Shown here one piece after another: positions 26,601 to 41,600 of a stretch of DNA of 64,000 nucleotides (the first letter of the stretch is position 1; each line of letters opens with the position of its first letter). The position numbers were made by a program, and so were the translations under genes. The notes below the pieces were generated by a model. That model was not told where the DNA came from. It did no database searches and saw only the letters and a program-made list of their open reading frames with translations. This stretch comes from Lytechinus pictus (taxonomy: Eukaryota), in the NCBI RefSeq assembly GCF_037042905.1, contig NC_087250.1, forward strand, positions 7,938,001 through 8,002,000, read 5' to 3'.

Positions 26601-29600
26601 CTAGTGATAAAAGTGATAATGGTCATGGTGGTAGTGATGATTATGATGATGATGAGGATGATAGCAACAATGATGACGATGACGATAGTTACAATGATGA
26701 TGATAATGATATTTATGATGATGATGATTATGATGATGATTATGATGATGAGGATGATCATAGCAACAATGATGGTGATGCTGATGGTGATGAATGATGA
26801 AGATTATGGTTGCAAATGGTGATGGTAACAATGATGCTGGTGATGATGTTGTTGGTAGTGTCGGTGATGATGTTGAAGATAACAATGAGACTGGTGATTA
26901 TGATGATGATGGTGGTGGTGGTGGTGATTATGATGATGATGATGGTGATAATGATGGTAATCATGGTGATGATGAGGATGGTGATAAAAGTGACAATGAT
27001 AATGGTCATGATGATGATAGCGATGATTATGATATTGATGTTTGTGATAATGATGAGGATGATGATGATGCTAGTTATAATGATGATGATGCTAGTTATA
27101 ATGGTGATGATGATAGCGACAATGATGATGATAATGATGGTGATGATGATGCTAGTGACAGTGATGATGATGATGATAATGATGACGATATTGACAGTGA
27201 TGATGATGATGATGAAAATGATAGCGACAATAATGATGATGATGGTAATAGTGATGACCATGATAATGATGGTGATGAGGATGATAGTGTAGATGATGAT
27301 GAAGACAATGATGGTGGGGGTGATGATGATGATGATGGTGGAAGTGCGGGTGGTGATGATGATTGCGAAGATGATGATAACCATGATTACGATGACGATG
27401 ATAATCATGCTGGAGATGCTGATATTGAGGAGGACAATGATAATTAGTATGTTGAGGATGAATTTGATGTTGGTTGTGTTTATTAGTAGTGTTTGAGTTG
27501 AATTTGGAGGTAGTGTGGTTTTAATGTTGGTACTGTTGGTAATGGTGTGATCAGGGGATTGAATGGGTGGTTGTGGTAATGTTGATAGTGATGATGAAGA
27601 CAAGGAGATAAGGATTATGATGGCATGAATATTATAATTGAAAAGGAATGATGTAGGCGTTAAATAGGAATGAAGTAAAATAATCATGCAATATTAGGTG
27701 AGTTGCTAATGAAACTGATGGTGGAATTGATTAAGAAATTGTATTCTCCCTACAGCTATTGCAACAGCTCTTCACAAGAAAGACATCATTAAGCACTGGG
27801 AATGGATTGAACAGAATCTCATGGTTACTCTTGGTAAGATTTACTCTAAAGCAGCCTTCTCAATTACTTTTGTGAAAGCTCCATATTTCTTGTTGGGAAT
27901 CTGTTCTGCTCCACTAGCACGAAGGAGCGGCCTTTTATATGAAGAGGGGATTTAATCAATATATCAACAGAAGTGATACAGATGCAAACAAACTACACAA
28001 TCCATTTTTTTTAATGATAAGTGACTTTTCAAAACATATATTGGTGATACCACTAGTTCAGATATAGAGATCGAAGTGACATGTACTTGTTTTTGCTGCT
28101 AGGGCAGAAAATTATCTCACCTATCTATCTCATGTATCATTCATTATATGCGCGACTCCACGACAGACAATACATCGCAGCATGTCACTTTTACAACCTT
28201 GGATTTTGAATAATCGGTATCAGAAACAAAGTTTATGATTGTCAATACAGGTGTACGTCTAAAATTCCTTACTTCATTCCCGTATTATTTGATGGTTAAA
28301 ACTTAACCGACTTACATTTCGTGATGCTACAATAAAATGCAAATTAAGAACTTGATTTTATATCTGTATGCCACATTTTCCAATAAGATGTTCTTTGCCC
28401 GGAGCCCAAGTTATTAATCAAACTATGGCTTGCCATGTATAAGAGTTCTGTTCAATCATGGATTTATTTTCATCATTTCAAGTGCTGCATCTGAGCAATT
28501 CTACCAATTTTCAGTGTATAATCTGGAAATGCGAAATTACGAGCCGTAGAAATAGTTGAAAACGTGATACATGTAGATTTCAGATCACTTGTGATCATCT
28601 TTTAGAGATAATTTGCGTATCTCTATCATTGTGATGGCATGCACATACTCTTTGTTACGGTTGCACACACATACACCAAGCATAGAACAAATAAAAATAA
28701 AACCAATGAGGACTTAAGTTTCAAATATAACTCGGTTTTTGTTTTCCCTTTGTTATGAAATTATCATCAAAAATCGATTCCAGGTTACTAGTAGACCAAA
28801 CGTTCCCGCCATGTACATGTACAGGTGTATTTTTTTTCGTACCGGCTCTCAAGCGCCACTCCGCAAGGCTCGGTGCGCCACAAGTGGCGCGCGCCACCAT
28901 TTTAGAATCCCTGCTCTATTAAAGGAAAGAACTATAGGAGAGAAGGATTGAAAAAGAGGGAATGAAACCAGTTTACAGTTTCATTTCAAAGTTATATCCA
29001 AGAAACTGATCAATGGAAGTTTTTTGAGAAATGTTGAATAAAATAACAAAGTTATGATCCTTTCAATGGATGATCATAATTATTTTTGAACTCAATTTAA
29101 GAGTGTAACCATAACTGGCATAATTTAAAATGATTTATAGTATTAATAGGAGCATATCTACTCGTACATAATTTACAACTTACATAAAATGTAGCAATCT
29201 TAAAGGGCAAATCCACTCCAACAACAACAAAATTGGATGCAAAAAAGTCAAGCAAACATAACTCTGACAAATAATTAACAATTGATGTGAATTATTCTCA
29301 AATTTTACTAATTTTCACAAAACAGATTTATGAACATCTGATGACCTCCTCCACTCAGTATTTCTTTAGATTTTTTTTATTGTAGAAAGTGAAATATTTA
29401 AGTTTTCTCCTAAATATGAAAAACAAAATTTGATTCCTCTCTGAACTTTATATAGAATTGCCATTATTATAATTAATTATGATCAAATGAAGAGTGACCT
29501 TATTGCCAAATCTGCAAATTTCAAAACAATGAAATATAGTAAGAGGGAGTACAGTAGTGAGTGAGTGACATCACTGACTCTAATTAATTAGCCTTTCGCT

Positions 29601-32600
29601 GTGTTTTACATAAATGTTTATCTGTTTTGTGAAAAATCAGTGAAATTTCAAAATGTAAATAACTTTCTTATTTTACATAAGATTTTTAATGAAAATTTTG
29701 TGCATTAAATGCTTGTTTCATATTTTTTTCTCATTTTATCAGAAAACCAAATTTTTATTGGGTTGAACTTGCCCTTTAAACTGTGACGTGTTTGTACAAA
29801 CTGCAGTGAGTTTTTCCGTTTACATATATCATATTACGAGTGGTGATTAAAAGAGATCAAAGGAAATGACCTGTAGATTGCAGGAAGTTCAAGGGAGCAT
29901 TTCATGAACAAAGAGACTGTGATTTTTTAACTGATTACTGTTGTAAGCTACTAAAATCCTTGCATCTGGTTGGCTGAGAGTGAATTGGTCAGTGAATTGG
30001 CTGAATTGGCTGAGAGTGAATTGATCCTTTCGAAGAGGCGTGTCCTCAAGGGGTCAAAGTTGGGCATTGAGGAGGATCTAACCAGGCCCAACGCACAACT
30101 TCTATACAAAGTGAAAAACTGTCAAAAGGTTCTTGCTTCGTGGTCCGCTGACGGAAGGATTTTCGCGTTGCTCCCAGCCAGTGGCGGAAAAACAATAAAA
30201 CGTCTCATCACGCATGAAGGAGACTTGGACAATATTTGATCAGTTTGAAAATAAACTCAGTTGTACTTTGCTATGTATGCAATATTGTACTCTTTGAACT
30301 TTGGTGCATCCTGCTATTTTAGCTCTTGCCTGTTTGAACTTTGATTTTAATTTCATTCAGTAATTTATTTATTTGTTTGTTTATCTATTTTTTTTTCCGT
30401 TTCAATGGTCAGGGTTTTTTCTTGTGTTAGTTGTTCTAAACCTGTAAAACACAACCAAAAGGGAATACGTTGTACAATATGTCATAAATGGGTTCACATC
30501 GCATGTGTTGGAATTAGTATTGTTGATTATGATGATCCATTATGTGAATTTTTAGACTGGAAATGTCCCAAATGTTTGTTTCAATATTTGCCTAACTACA
30601 TATCTGATGAAGATAATGACAAGACTTGCTCATTCGTAGCATCCACACAATCTTCGTTCATTCAGTCTCATCCTGATAAACAGGGAGATAAAAATCTGAA
30701 ATTCAAAGAACTAAATCACCCAAAAGGTCTCATAGTGCTACATTTGAATGTTCGCAGTTTACTCCGCAATTTTTCAGAAATCAAGACTATATTGATAGAA
30801 AATAATGTGCATATTCTATCGTTAAATGAAACTTGGCTTGATGGCTCTGTTTTAGATAATGAAGTCCATGTAGATGGCTACCAATTAATACGGAAAGATA
30901 GAAATAGAAATGGTGGAGGTGTAGCAATTTTTGTAAAAAACAACCTACAATTTCAGCTGTTAAATCATAGTAGCTTAGAACATATCGAAGCCATTCCATT
31001 GTTGGTGGGTACCAACCACTCGAGATCTTTTATTCTAACAACATGGTACCGTCCTCCAAATAGTTCCATCAGAATTTTTAATTATTATGAAGAATTACTC
31101 TCTTTCCTTGATTCATTTGGTAAAAACATTGTTATTGTTGGTGATTTAAATTGTGACATTAAGAAACAGAATTCAAGTAATGAGACTAAACACTTAAACC
31201 AAATTCATAATATTTATTCTTTATCCCAGATTAACACCGAAGAATATACAAGGATATCAAAAGACTCATGCAGTCTTATTGATCATATGTTGACTAATTG
31301 TTTTGATATGGTTGCATCTCATGGTATTATACACTCTGGTATTTCTGACCATTCTATTTGTTTTCTAGTTTGGAAGCACCATATTACTAATTATGCACCT
31401 CTCACCATAACGTATAGAAAAATGAAAAACTTTGATCCTAACGCATATATTGAGGAATTAAAATTACAACCCTGGCAACTTGTCTCTGATAAAGATGATA
31501 TTGACGAAGCTGTGGAGGTATGGGAGAATCTCTTTTTTGAAGTTATTAACAAACACATGCCAATCCGTAAAAGACGTGTTAAAAACAATTCCTCTCCCTG
31601 GATGTGTCCTGATATTGTAAAGTTGATAAATGAGAGAGACAGATGTAAAGCAAAAGCTATGAAACTTAAATATAATTTGTTGAACGAAACAGTGGAATCT
31701 CAAAGAAAACTTTTGGAGAGGAAGTACGGTGAACTGTGGACCCGATATAAGAAATTGCGGAACTTGGTCACAAGTAGGATTAGAAAACGTAAACGATCTT
31801 TCTTTTTGAATAAAATATCGTCGACAAATACACAAAATGATGTGTGGACTATTCTTAAATCAGTGATGCCTAAAGACGTATCGAAATCCACTGATACAAC
31901 CAGAAAAGATAAACCCAGAGCTAATATATTCAATAGCTATTTTGCAAACATTGGTGCTGACCTTGCTGCTAATATACCTCCAACATTTCCCCATAATTCC
32001 TCTCATTGTGATTCTACCGATTCTTTTTTTTCGCTTCATACTGTAACTGAAGACGAGGTATTCAATATCATATGTGGTTTGAAAAACAAGAAATCTGTTG
32101 GAATCGATGGTATCTCAATGAATATGCTCAAATTGTCTGCCCCCATCGTTGTCCGTTCTCTTACTTACCTTATAAACAAATCATTGTCAGATGGTGTCGT
32201 ACCAATAAGATGGAAACAAGCTAAATTAATTCCCTTACATAAATCGGGTGACAAATCATCCCCTTCAAATTATCGTCCAATCGCTATACTCTCTCCTGTT
32301 TCCAAAATTATGGAGAAAGTAGTTCAAAAACAGTTAACCAAGTATCTACAAACTAATAATATACTTTCTATGGAACAGTCTGGTTTTAGGAAAAAACATT
32401 CGACCATAACGTCTCTTATTCGAGTTACGGATGATTGGCTACGCGCCACTGACTCTGGGTTATATACTGGAGCCGTTTTTATCGATATGAAAAAGGCTTT
32501 CGATACGGTCGAACATCATACTTTGTTGAAGAAACTTAAATCAATTGGAATATCTAATGATAGTCTCATATGGTTCGAAAGTTATCTGAGTAATCGTCAA

Positions 32601-35600
32601 ATCAGTACATTCATTAGCTCTACGCTATCTGATCCTTTGCTTGTGAGTTATGGAGTACCACAGGGCTCAATATTGGGCCCTATTTTATTTACTATATATA
32701 TAGATGACATAGTTAAACAAGTTAAGCACTGTGAAATCCATCTATACGCTGATGATTCTATTTTGTATTTTTCTGATAATGACGTAAATCTCATTGAAAG
32801 CAATTTAAATGCTGACCTAAAATGTATATACGAATGGATGTGTTTAAGTAAATTAAGTCTTAATATCGACAAAACTGAAAGTATGTTATTTGGGTCACGT
32901 CATATGTTGTCTGTGCACAAGTCTCTTAATGTCAGAATTTCAGGAAAATGTATTCAGTCTAAAGAATTTGTGAAATATTTGGGGGTCTTTATTGATCCAG
33001 AGTTAAAATGGAATTGCCACATTGATAAACTTTGTGCTAAAACCAGTAAATTAGTAAATTTCCTTGGTCGGCTTCGTTCATGTTTAAATGAGGATAGTCT
33101 GAAATTAATTTACCGTTCAGTAATTTTGCCATTGTTTGATTATGCTGATGTAGTCTTTGATTCATCAAATTTGAAATGTACCCAACAATTGCAAAAGATA
33201 CAAAATAGAGCTTGCAGAATAATACTCAAAATTAATCCGTATAAATATATATATCAAACCATACTGTTCATCAACTCTTAAACTGGGAGTCATTAAAATC
33301 AAGGCGTATAAAGCATACTCTTTTAATGGTGTATAAGAGTCTGAATGGTCTTAGTGCGCCTTACTTGAATAATATATTTCAGTTTTCTACTCATAAATAT
33401 TCTCTCCGTTCTGATAAAAATCTTTCTCTCCCTAAACCACGGACTGAATACTGTAGAAGAATGTTTTCATACAGGGGTACGACATATTTTAATGAATTGC
33501 CACGTGATGCTAAATGTTCTGTTTCTTATAATTCATTTAATAATGTAGTTAATAACCACATCTTAAATTGGGTCTGACTGTACATTATTCTCTGTTGCTT
33601 AATTCATATGCATTGAAATGTAGGGTGTGTTAACGTAGGGGGGGGGGGGGGGGTGGGGGCTAGATGTTATGACCGATTAGTTTTATTTCTTATTGTTTTG
33701 GTATGTTATTCTTATATTATGTATAATTTATATTAATATGTGTAATTTTGTTTTATGCTATATGAGGACCCCTCGGTAGACCAGCAGCACCATGATTGAT
33801 GCTGCTGAGTAGGGCCATCCTCCCGTTTTCTATTTACCAATTCATATGTATAATTTTATATGTATTGTTATCTGTTTTTTTTACGGAAATAAATTCAATC
33901 AATCAATCAATCAAGTAAAAATCATGAACTCTTTGGTTCATGAAAACACTCCCCAGGAGTAGTTCTTTAAAGGGATGGTCCGGGCTGAAAATATTTATAT
34001 CTAAATATTTAGAGTCAAATTCACAGAGCAAAATGCTGAAAATTTCTTCAAAATCGGATAACAAATAACGAAGTTATTGAATTTTAAATTTTATCAATAT
34101 TTTGTGAAAACAGCTATATGCACATCGTCATGAATATTCATTAGGTGGGTTGATGATGTCACATCTCCACTTTCCTTTTTCTTATGTTATTACATGAAAT
34201 CGTAATGTTTCATTTTTTCATAAATGATGTGTCTCCATTGTAATGAAATAAGTTGCGGCAATAAATAACTAATGCACTTATCAGTTGTCGATCCCATTGT
34301 TTTAGTTCTTGGTAGAAAAATTTTGAATAAACCTAATTTCAAATAATAAAATACAAAAGAATAAGTGGGGATATGACATCATCAGTCTACATACTGGATA
34401 TTTATAAAGACATGCCTAGAACTGTTTCACCGGAATAATGCAAATCTTTAAAATTCAATAACTTCGTTATTTGTTATCCGATTTTGATCAAATTTTCAGC
34501 ATTTTGCTTTGTGAATGTTACTCTATTGATTGAGATATAAATATTTCCAGCCTGGACTATCCCTTTAAGTCACTCATGAATAAATGCACTAGACTGGCTA
34601 TATACACAGATCTTGTTGTCAGCTATTGAAATCCCTGCATCTGATATTGAATTAGTCACTGAAAATCATGAACTATTTGCTTCTTGAAAAACTCGCTAGG
34701 AGAGGTTGCAGGTGAAAGTACTCCACTGACTATGTACATGTATACAGCACATTGGTCCATTTTCTGAACTTAATTTAAATCTGAATTCTGTTCTAAAGTT
34801 GTAATCGGAGTATGGATACCATTTGGCAGTTGTGACACAAATCTCTGATCAGTAGAGGCACATGTACAATTTGCTGACACATATGGTGCTTTTGTAATGC
34901 CAAAGCACTTGGGAATACTCGACTGCGTATTAATCAATAAGATTGCACGTTGCAAACCATATGTGCGTCAACATTTAAGCATGACTCTATGAAAGTAGTA
35001 TCTCATAAAGAAAAAAGCCCCCTGAAGTGTTAAAAAGAATGTAGTAGTAGTAGTAAAATGGTATTTATTGGCAAAAACAACACATCGCAGCCCAAGGGCT
35101 GAATTACATGAAGTTTACAATTGTAATGATACAAATTTGATTACACATTATTTTCACAATTCAATTAAATAATAATATAAAATAACTGCATCTTCAGACT
35201 AAGTACAACTTTTAACAGACTAAGGGTTGAAAGAATGGCACAAAGAAAGAGAGCAAGAGAGAAAGAAACATAGAAATGAAGGAGAGGGCTGAAATATATG
35301 GGATAAGAGAAAGGAAAACGGGGAGAGAGAAAGAGAGTAAGAGAAGGAGAGATGTTCAGAAAGAATAAATCATGGGGTGGAGAAGTGGAAGACCTGAATG
35401 AGTTGACAGAAAGAAGAAATGGGAAGAAAGATACAAAGTGGGAATAGGTAAGACAACAAAGAAAGAAAAAGTTTAACAGAGAACAGTAAGCTTGGTGATC
35501 GGAGAAAGGTAACGGAAATGAAAGAAATAAAGAAGAAATTCAAGCATACATGTGTGTAGGAAAACAAAATATACCAAAAAAAATGTAATAATTGCATTTC

Positions 35601-38600
35601 ATATAATATGTAAAACGTTTGCGTTATAACTCGAATTCACAATATAAAAATAACATAATGTCTTGCAAAGTAACATTAGAAGCACAGACAATATGATGGA
35701 GAACAGTTACAGGTCAAAAATGAGTGTAAAGATAAAAAGATAGAGAGAGGGGGGGAGAGATAGAGAGGGGGAAGACAAAGCATAAGAATATAATTAAAAA
35801 TCAAGAAACAAAAGTGGACTTGGATTAATTAATGGCCTGCTCGTCTAACTGGAAAACATGTGAAGGCACACAAATAAACATTGTAAATCACACAAACATA
35901 GGATTGTAAATTGAAAAGGATCATGAGAAGTATGATAAGTTTGGTAAATTCATTCGGTCAAGGTAGAAAAATCATACAAAACAAAACGAACGTAACAAAC
36001 CATATATTGAAATTACATTTTAATCTCGGCATATGGTGGGCTAAAACTGAAGTACATTATTACTTTATTATATTTAATGGAATCGTTTTGCTTAGGTTTC
36101 ATTTAGTAGATCGATAAGATAGGGCAGGGAACTATTACGATAGCGGTTTGTTTTGCATTTAAATTGTTGGAATTTGGGGGTGTTTCTTAACGTCATGTAA
36201 ACTTTCTTTTTAGGTGGTAACCAAGTGCAACAATGGGTGTTTTCTACCAGGGATTTGGCAAATTCGGTGCATAATTTTTTTCTTCTATATTCCAAGGTAT
36301 CAAGGTTACAAATTCGGCAAGCATCGGCATATGTAGTATACAATGATCCAAGCATAATTCTACAGACTCGTTTTTGAATTCGTTCGAGGTCAGTGACTTG
36401 TTTTTTAGTGAGAGATCCATTGAAGACAGGTACACAGTATTCCATGATTGGGCGAATATACCCCACATAAACTGTTTTCATATCAGATAAACAAAGACCA
36501 TATTTTTTTACCATCCTGAACATGTACAATTTCTGGTTACACTTTTTGAGAATTTCTGATATATGCAAATCCCATTTAAGACTAGATTGTATTGTGACAC
36601 CAAGGATCTTCATTGACTGGACATTCATAAGCACTGAGTCATTGATAGAAAGAATTGTTGAAGGATTGGGAGTTTTGAGGAACTGAACATCCATGGTGAG
36701 ACATTTTGTTGGATTTAGACTCATGTGGTTTTGAGCTGACCAGTTCTGAAGATCATCCAATACAACTTGCAACAATGAAGGATCTGAATGTTTACGGCAA
36801 TCCAACAAGGTTAGGTCGTCCACATACTTAAAATATGGTAACGTTACATTCATACAGGCATCATTTGCCATGACAAGGAATAAAATCGGTCCGAGTTTAG
36901 TGCCTTGGGGTACCCCGGCATTACTGGTCATATAATCGGATAGGATAGACTGGTATTTTACACATTGTTTTCGAGATTCTAAGAAGCTGATCACCCATTC
37001 AATGAGGCATGGCCTTACTCTAAGATCAATCAGTTTCCTAACCAGGATATTGTGATCGAGCCTATCAAAGGCCTTACTAAAGTCTGTGCACACAATCGTT
37101 GACAATGATTTTGGTTTGTCACTATTTTCGTACAGACTATGCAATAACTTGATTAAGTAATGTGCTGTGGATAGACCAGGGCGATTTCCGAATTGATTAG
37201 GATCAATATGAGACACAATATCTTCTAACAACCATTTGGAAATGAATGACTCTGCAATCTTTGCAAAACTATTTGTAAGAGCTATGGGTCGAAGTTTATC
37301 AATGACTGCAGGTCGGGACTTTGGGATAGGGGTTATTTGTGAGAGTTTCCATTGGGCGGGTACCACTCCTTGTTGAAAGGACGAGTTCATCAGATCAGTC
37401 AGTGGGAAGCAGAGCTCATAAGCAAATTCTTTAGCAATGCGGACAGGTAAATCGTTGGCAATTGTTGCTTTGCCACTGTTCATTTGTTCCAGTTTTTTAT
37501 TCACCTCGTAGGGCTGCACTAGAGGACACGCAACAGGGGAAGGTAAGGAAGCTGGTAAAGAGTGCTGATCTAGCGAAGGTAGGTCAGCAGCTACTCCAAG
37601 AAAATGCTGATTGATTACAGTCGCAACTTCTTTAAACTTCAGAGGGTCATTACTATCAATATCTGGTACTGTAATCGTCGGTGGAGCAATACTTCTTTTG
37701 GTAAGTATTTTTATTTGTTTGTACCAAGCAGCCGGATTTTCCACCTTAAGATTTTTAACCCGCGTGTTGTAATAATGCTGCTTTGCATCGGACAGGGCAC
37801 GGATAACTTTATTGCGGAGTTGACGCCACAGCTCTTTGTCACCTCTGTGGAAAGCATCCTGTCTTGCTCGTATATCACTTTTCAGTCGTGAAGTTATCCA
37901 GGGTTTATCACAGCTACCAACGCGAACCTCCTTTGTAGGTAAGTAAAGGTCTAAATTTGACATTACAGTGTTATAGATAAATTCATGTTTGTCTGTTGGA
38001 TCATTTAGTGAAGATATACATTCCCAATTATATTCAGTTATCCATTGACCAAATGATCGGAGTCCGCTATCTTTAAGAAGACGGACTGTTTTTCTCTTTA
38101 CAACATTTTTCGGTCTGACTTGTTGCCTAAAAGGTGACCACAATACGCAATTGTGGTCACTCATGCCAAGAGGGGAAATTACTTGAGTAGGTAAAAAGTA
38201 CTTATCGAAGTTGCTTACAATTTTATCTAATATGTTATTTCCTCTGGTAGGCTGGCTCACAACTTGCTTGAATCGGTCATTGACTAATAAAGGATAAATG
38301 TTTAAGTCATTCATGTCTCCAACAACTGCTATCCCTGCATCAGGATGCCGACTTAAAAGGTCATCAATCGTGATTGTTAAGTGATTGATGTACTCGTCAG
38401 CATATGGACTTTGAGGTGGAAAATATACAACGCATATAACAATGCAAGATAGTTCACGAGGGAGTCGTTTTGGTCTAAGCATTACCCATCTTGCTTCAAC
38501 ATTATCCGGAATATCCACTTGAAAAACTTTTGGTTTGAGCATTGGTTTCACGTAGAGGGCGACACCTCCCCCTTTTCTACCCATTCTTGATTTCGTGAAC

Positions 38601-41600
38601 ATTTCATAGCCAGGAATTTCCAATCATTCTGATGGTGTGTCTTGAGTAATCCATGTTTCAGTTAATGCAAGGACATCAGCATCTAAATCATAGGCAACAG
38701 TTTCCAATTCATCTATTTTATTATTAATAGATCGGAGGTTACTTAGGAACACAGAAGGGATATCGTAGGATATATGATCACTTAGCAATTCCACTTTCTT
38801 AAAGCAGGGATTCCTTTTAATGTTTACTCGCTGATCTCGTTGCCGAAGTAGTACAGGTATAGGGTTATTCAGGTTCATTGTAGATTCAGATTGCATGTGT
38901 TTTAGGGCAAAGTCAACCATCTTTGGGGGGATATTTCTTCCTTTCCCTTTGGTCCCCCGATGGGTTTTTCTCTTTCGAGCAATCCCAAGGTCATGAATTC
39001 GTTGCCATGTTTCATGATCTAATCGCGGAAGACACTCATGTCCGATTTTCCTAGAATGTGTGATACTATAAGATATTCGTGTACCTTCAATTGTGTGTTT
39101 GGGGATATGATATGTTCCTTTATCAGAATTCAAATTCTTATCAATGGTGGTTACGTTGCCGGGTCCAGGATTGGGGCTTATTACATCCCCACAAATCACC
39201 AAGGAAGCTTGAAAAGTAGCACAAGTGTTATCATAATATGGTATGTGAGTACCCATATATTTGCAAAGATATACTGCTGGCCACTTGACATTGTAGATGC
39301 ATGCAGGGTGTTTTATCTGGCCATCATGGCCATTGTTAAACAAACACAATAGAAGGGTGAACAGAATAAAAGATGTTCCACTTAGTGCCATTGTTAGTTT
39401 CAGGTTCCAGTAGTCATGAAAGGTGAGCAATAGAAACAGTTCTATTCATACCTGGTGGTAATCCACAGTAAGTCAAAAAGTCACTCCTTACAAGAAATCA
39501 CTATGGCAGTATGTAGTGATTTGAACACTCTACCTATGACAGGAGCAAAAGATCCATACTCAAATTCTCGTCATTCTCAAGATTAAAACTGAACAAACCA
39601 ATCCAGCGGTTTCCTGAAAACCTCCAAAAAGTTTTGACACAAAAATTCCTTAAAAATATGGAACTTAACTATCATTAAACTAGTCGTGTATAAGAGCACT
39701 CTGGAGGGGCAACCTTACAGGTGCGCATCACTCTCAATTTTTTATCATTTATTAATGTTCCATACTCAACCAGGCAGTCAAACCACTTTTGTATACCTAA
39801 ATTTAATTATGATTTTTTTTCTCTCATTCCATCTCATTCGCATGCTTGAGTCCTAAAGTGAATATGGTGTGACTGTGAAGAATATAAAGTAAAAACATGT
39901 TTTATTGGATAAATTGACCCATTTCACATTACAATTTATTGCATCGTCCATAATGATTTCTCACACTCTTCATGATTATTTTCACAATTGTATATAACTA
40001 TATTCACATTCTTGTAATGATATTCACACTGTTCATAACTGTATTCAACAGATAACTTTGAAGCTGATGATGACGTGACTGAGTTTGTAAAATGCAAGAT
40101 CGAGAGTTTAGTGGCCAATGTTGAAACGTCCTCACCAACAGAAACAAAAGAAGGTAAAATCAAAATAATTCTTAGGGGGTGTTGCAAGAAAATATTTGCA
40201 ATCGATTGCAAATATTCTGTTGCAATTTTACAGTTGATTGATCACTTTTAACTTTAGCATATCAGATTACACTCCTTGTTTCATGGAGCAGATTAGCAAT
40301 CAATCGCAAATTTGCAATTAATTGCATGGCATATGCTTGATTTCAGGAACGAAAATAGACTTGCAATTGATCGCAAGTTTCTTGCAACGCCCCATTAGTC
40401 TTACAAGGTTTTAGTTCTACGATTTTTGAATGGTGTTGATGTCATCAAAATGTGTCTTAAGTGCTTGACTTTTTCCATTTGTTTTGTTCACTTTGGATGA
40501 AAAGAACACCCACAATAAATTTGCGATCGGATTTTGGAAAATAGATTGTACTTAATAGCATGTGATATGGGCAATTCCATAGGTTGATGGACATGAGCTC
40601 AATGTGTCTGTGTACATATAGCCCATCTGAACCGTAACGTGAGTAACCACTTTATCTGCACCCCTAGTAAAAACCATGTGTTCTTTATTTTTTTAATTAT
40701 ATACAAATTTGTCTCCCTAATATACTTCTTTGAAATGGATATAATCAACTTTCATAAAAGCCTTGCATGAGGACACTTTTCACTTATGTCCACTTTTCAT
40801 TTTATGCATGTCCAAATCATGTAACATGAGTAACCGACACATTTCAAAGATTTGCCAGGAGCATAATGAAATTTCCCAAGTTTTGTTTTTATACAAAGGA
40901 TAGTCAGACTGCGTACTATGTTGTGATAAAGAGATGTTTAGTTCCTATCAATAATAATGGAGTTACAGCTCCAAGTATGAGTCAAGGTGTCTCCAAATGT
41001 AACGTGAGTAACCGTGGAATAGCCCATATGAACATTCTAACCTGCAAAATATTGAATTGAATAACTTTATTGTCCTCAATGAAAATTCTTCTCTCACTGG
41101 TTTACACACATGAAGATACAATGTATATACACAGAACAAAACAAATAGTATATACCTAATAACATGTCAACATAAGGAAATCATTTTATTCATGCAAAAT
41201 TACAAAAAGGATTTGCATAACAAGTCAAAGTCTGATATAAACAATCACAGTTCTAAATAATGGGATTGATTTTAAAAATCAAACTTCGAGGCTATGGCAA
41301 GCCTCCCTGTATGATTAGAGACACATTCAATTCCCATTGGTAAATGATATTTATTGGCTATTATTAGAAGCAGATTCGGACATAAATCTAACCACAAGAC
41401 TTGCAATAAAGCAGAATTTTTATTTTAGTATTCCAAGCATTCTGAAAAAAAAGAAGAAGTTAATTTCACTTTTTTAGCATCCATAAAGGGACCTACAGAC
41501 ACTGGCCCGTATTCTGAAGTCGGGTTTACATGTAAATTATGGGAAGCCAAACGTGTCAAAATTTTTATTATGTTGTATGTTTCTTATATTTACTTTGCTC

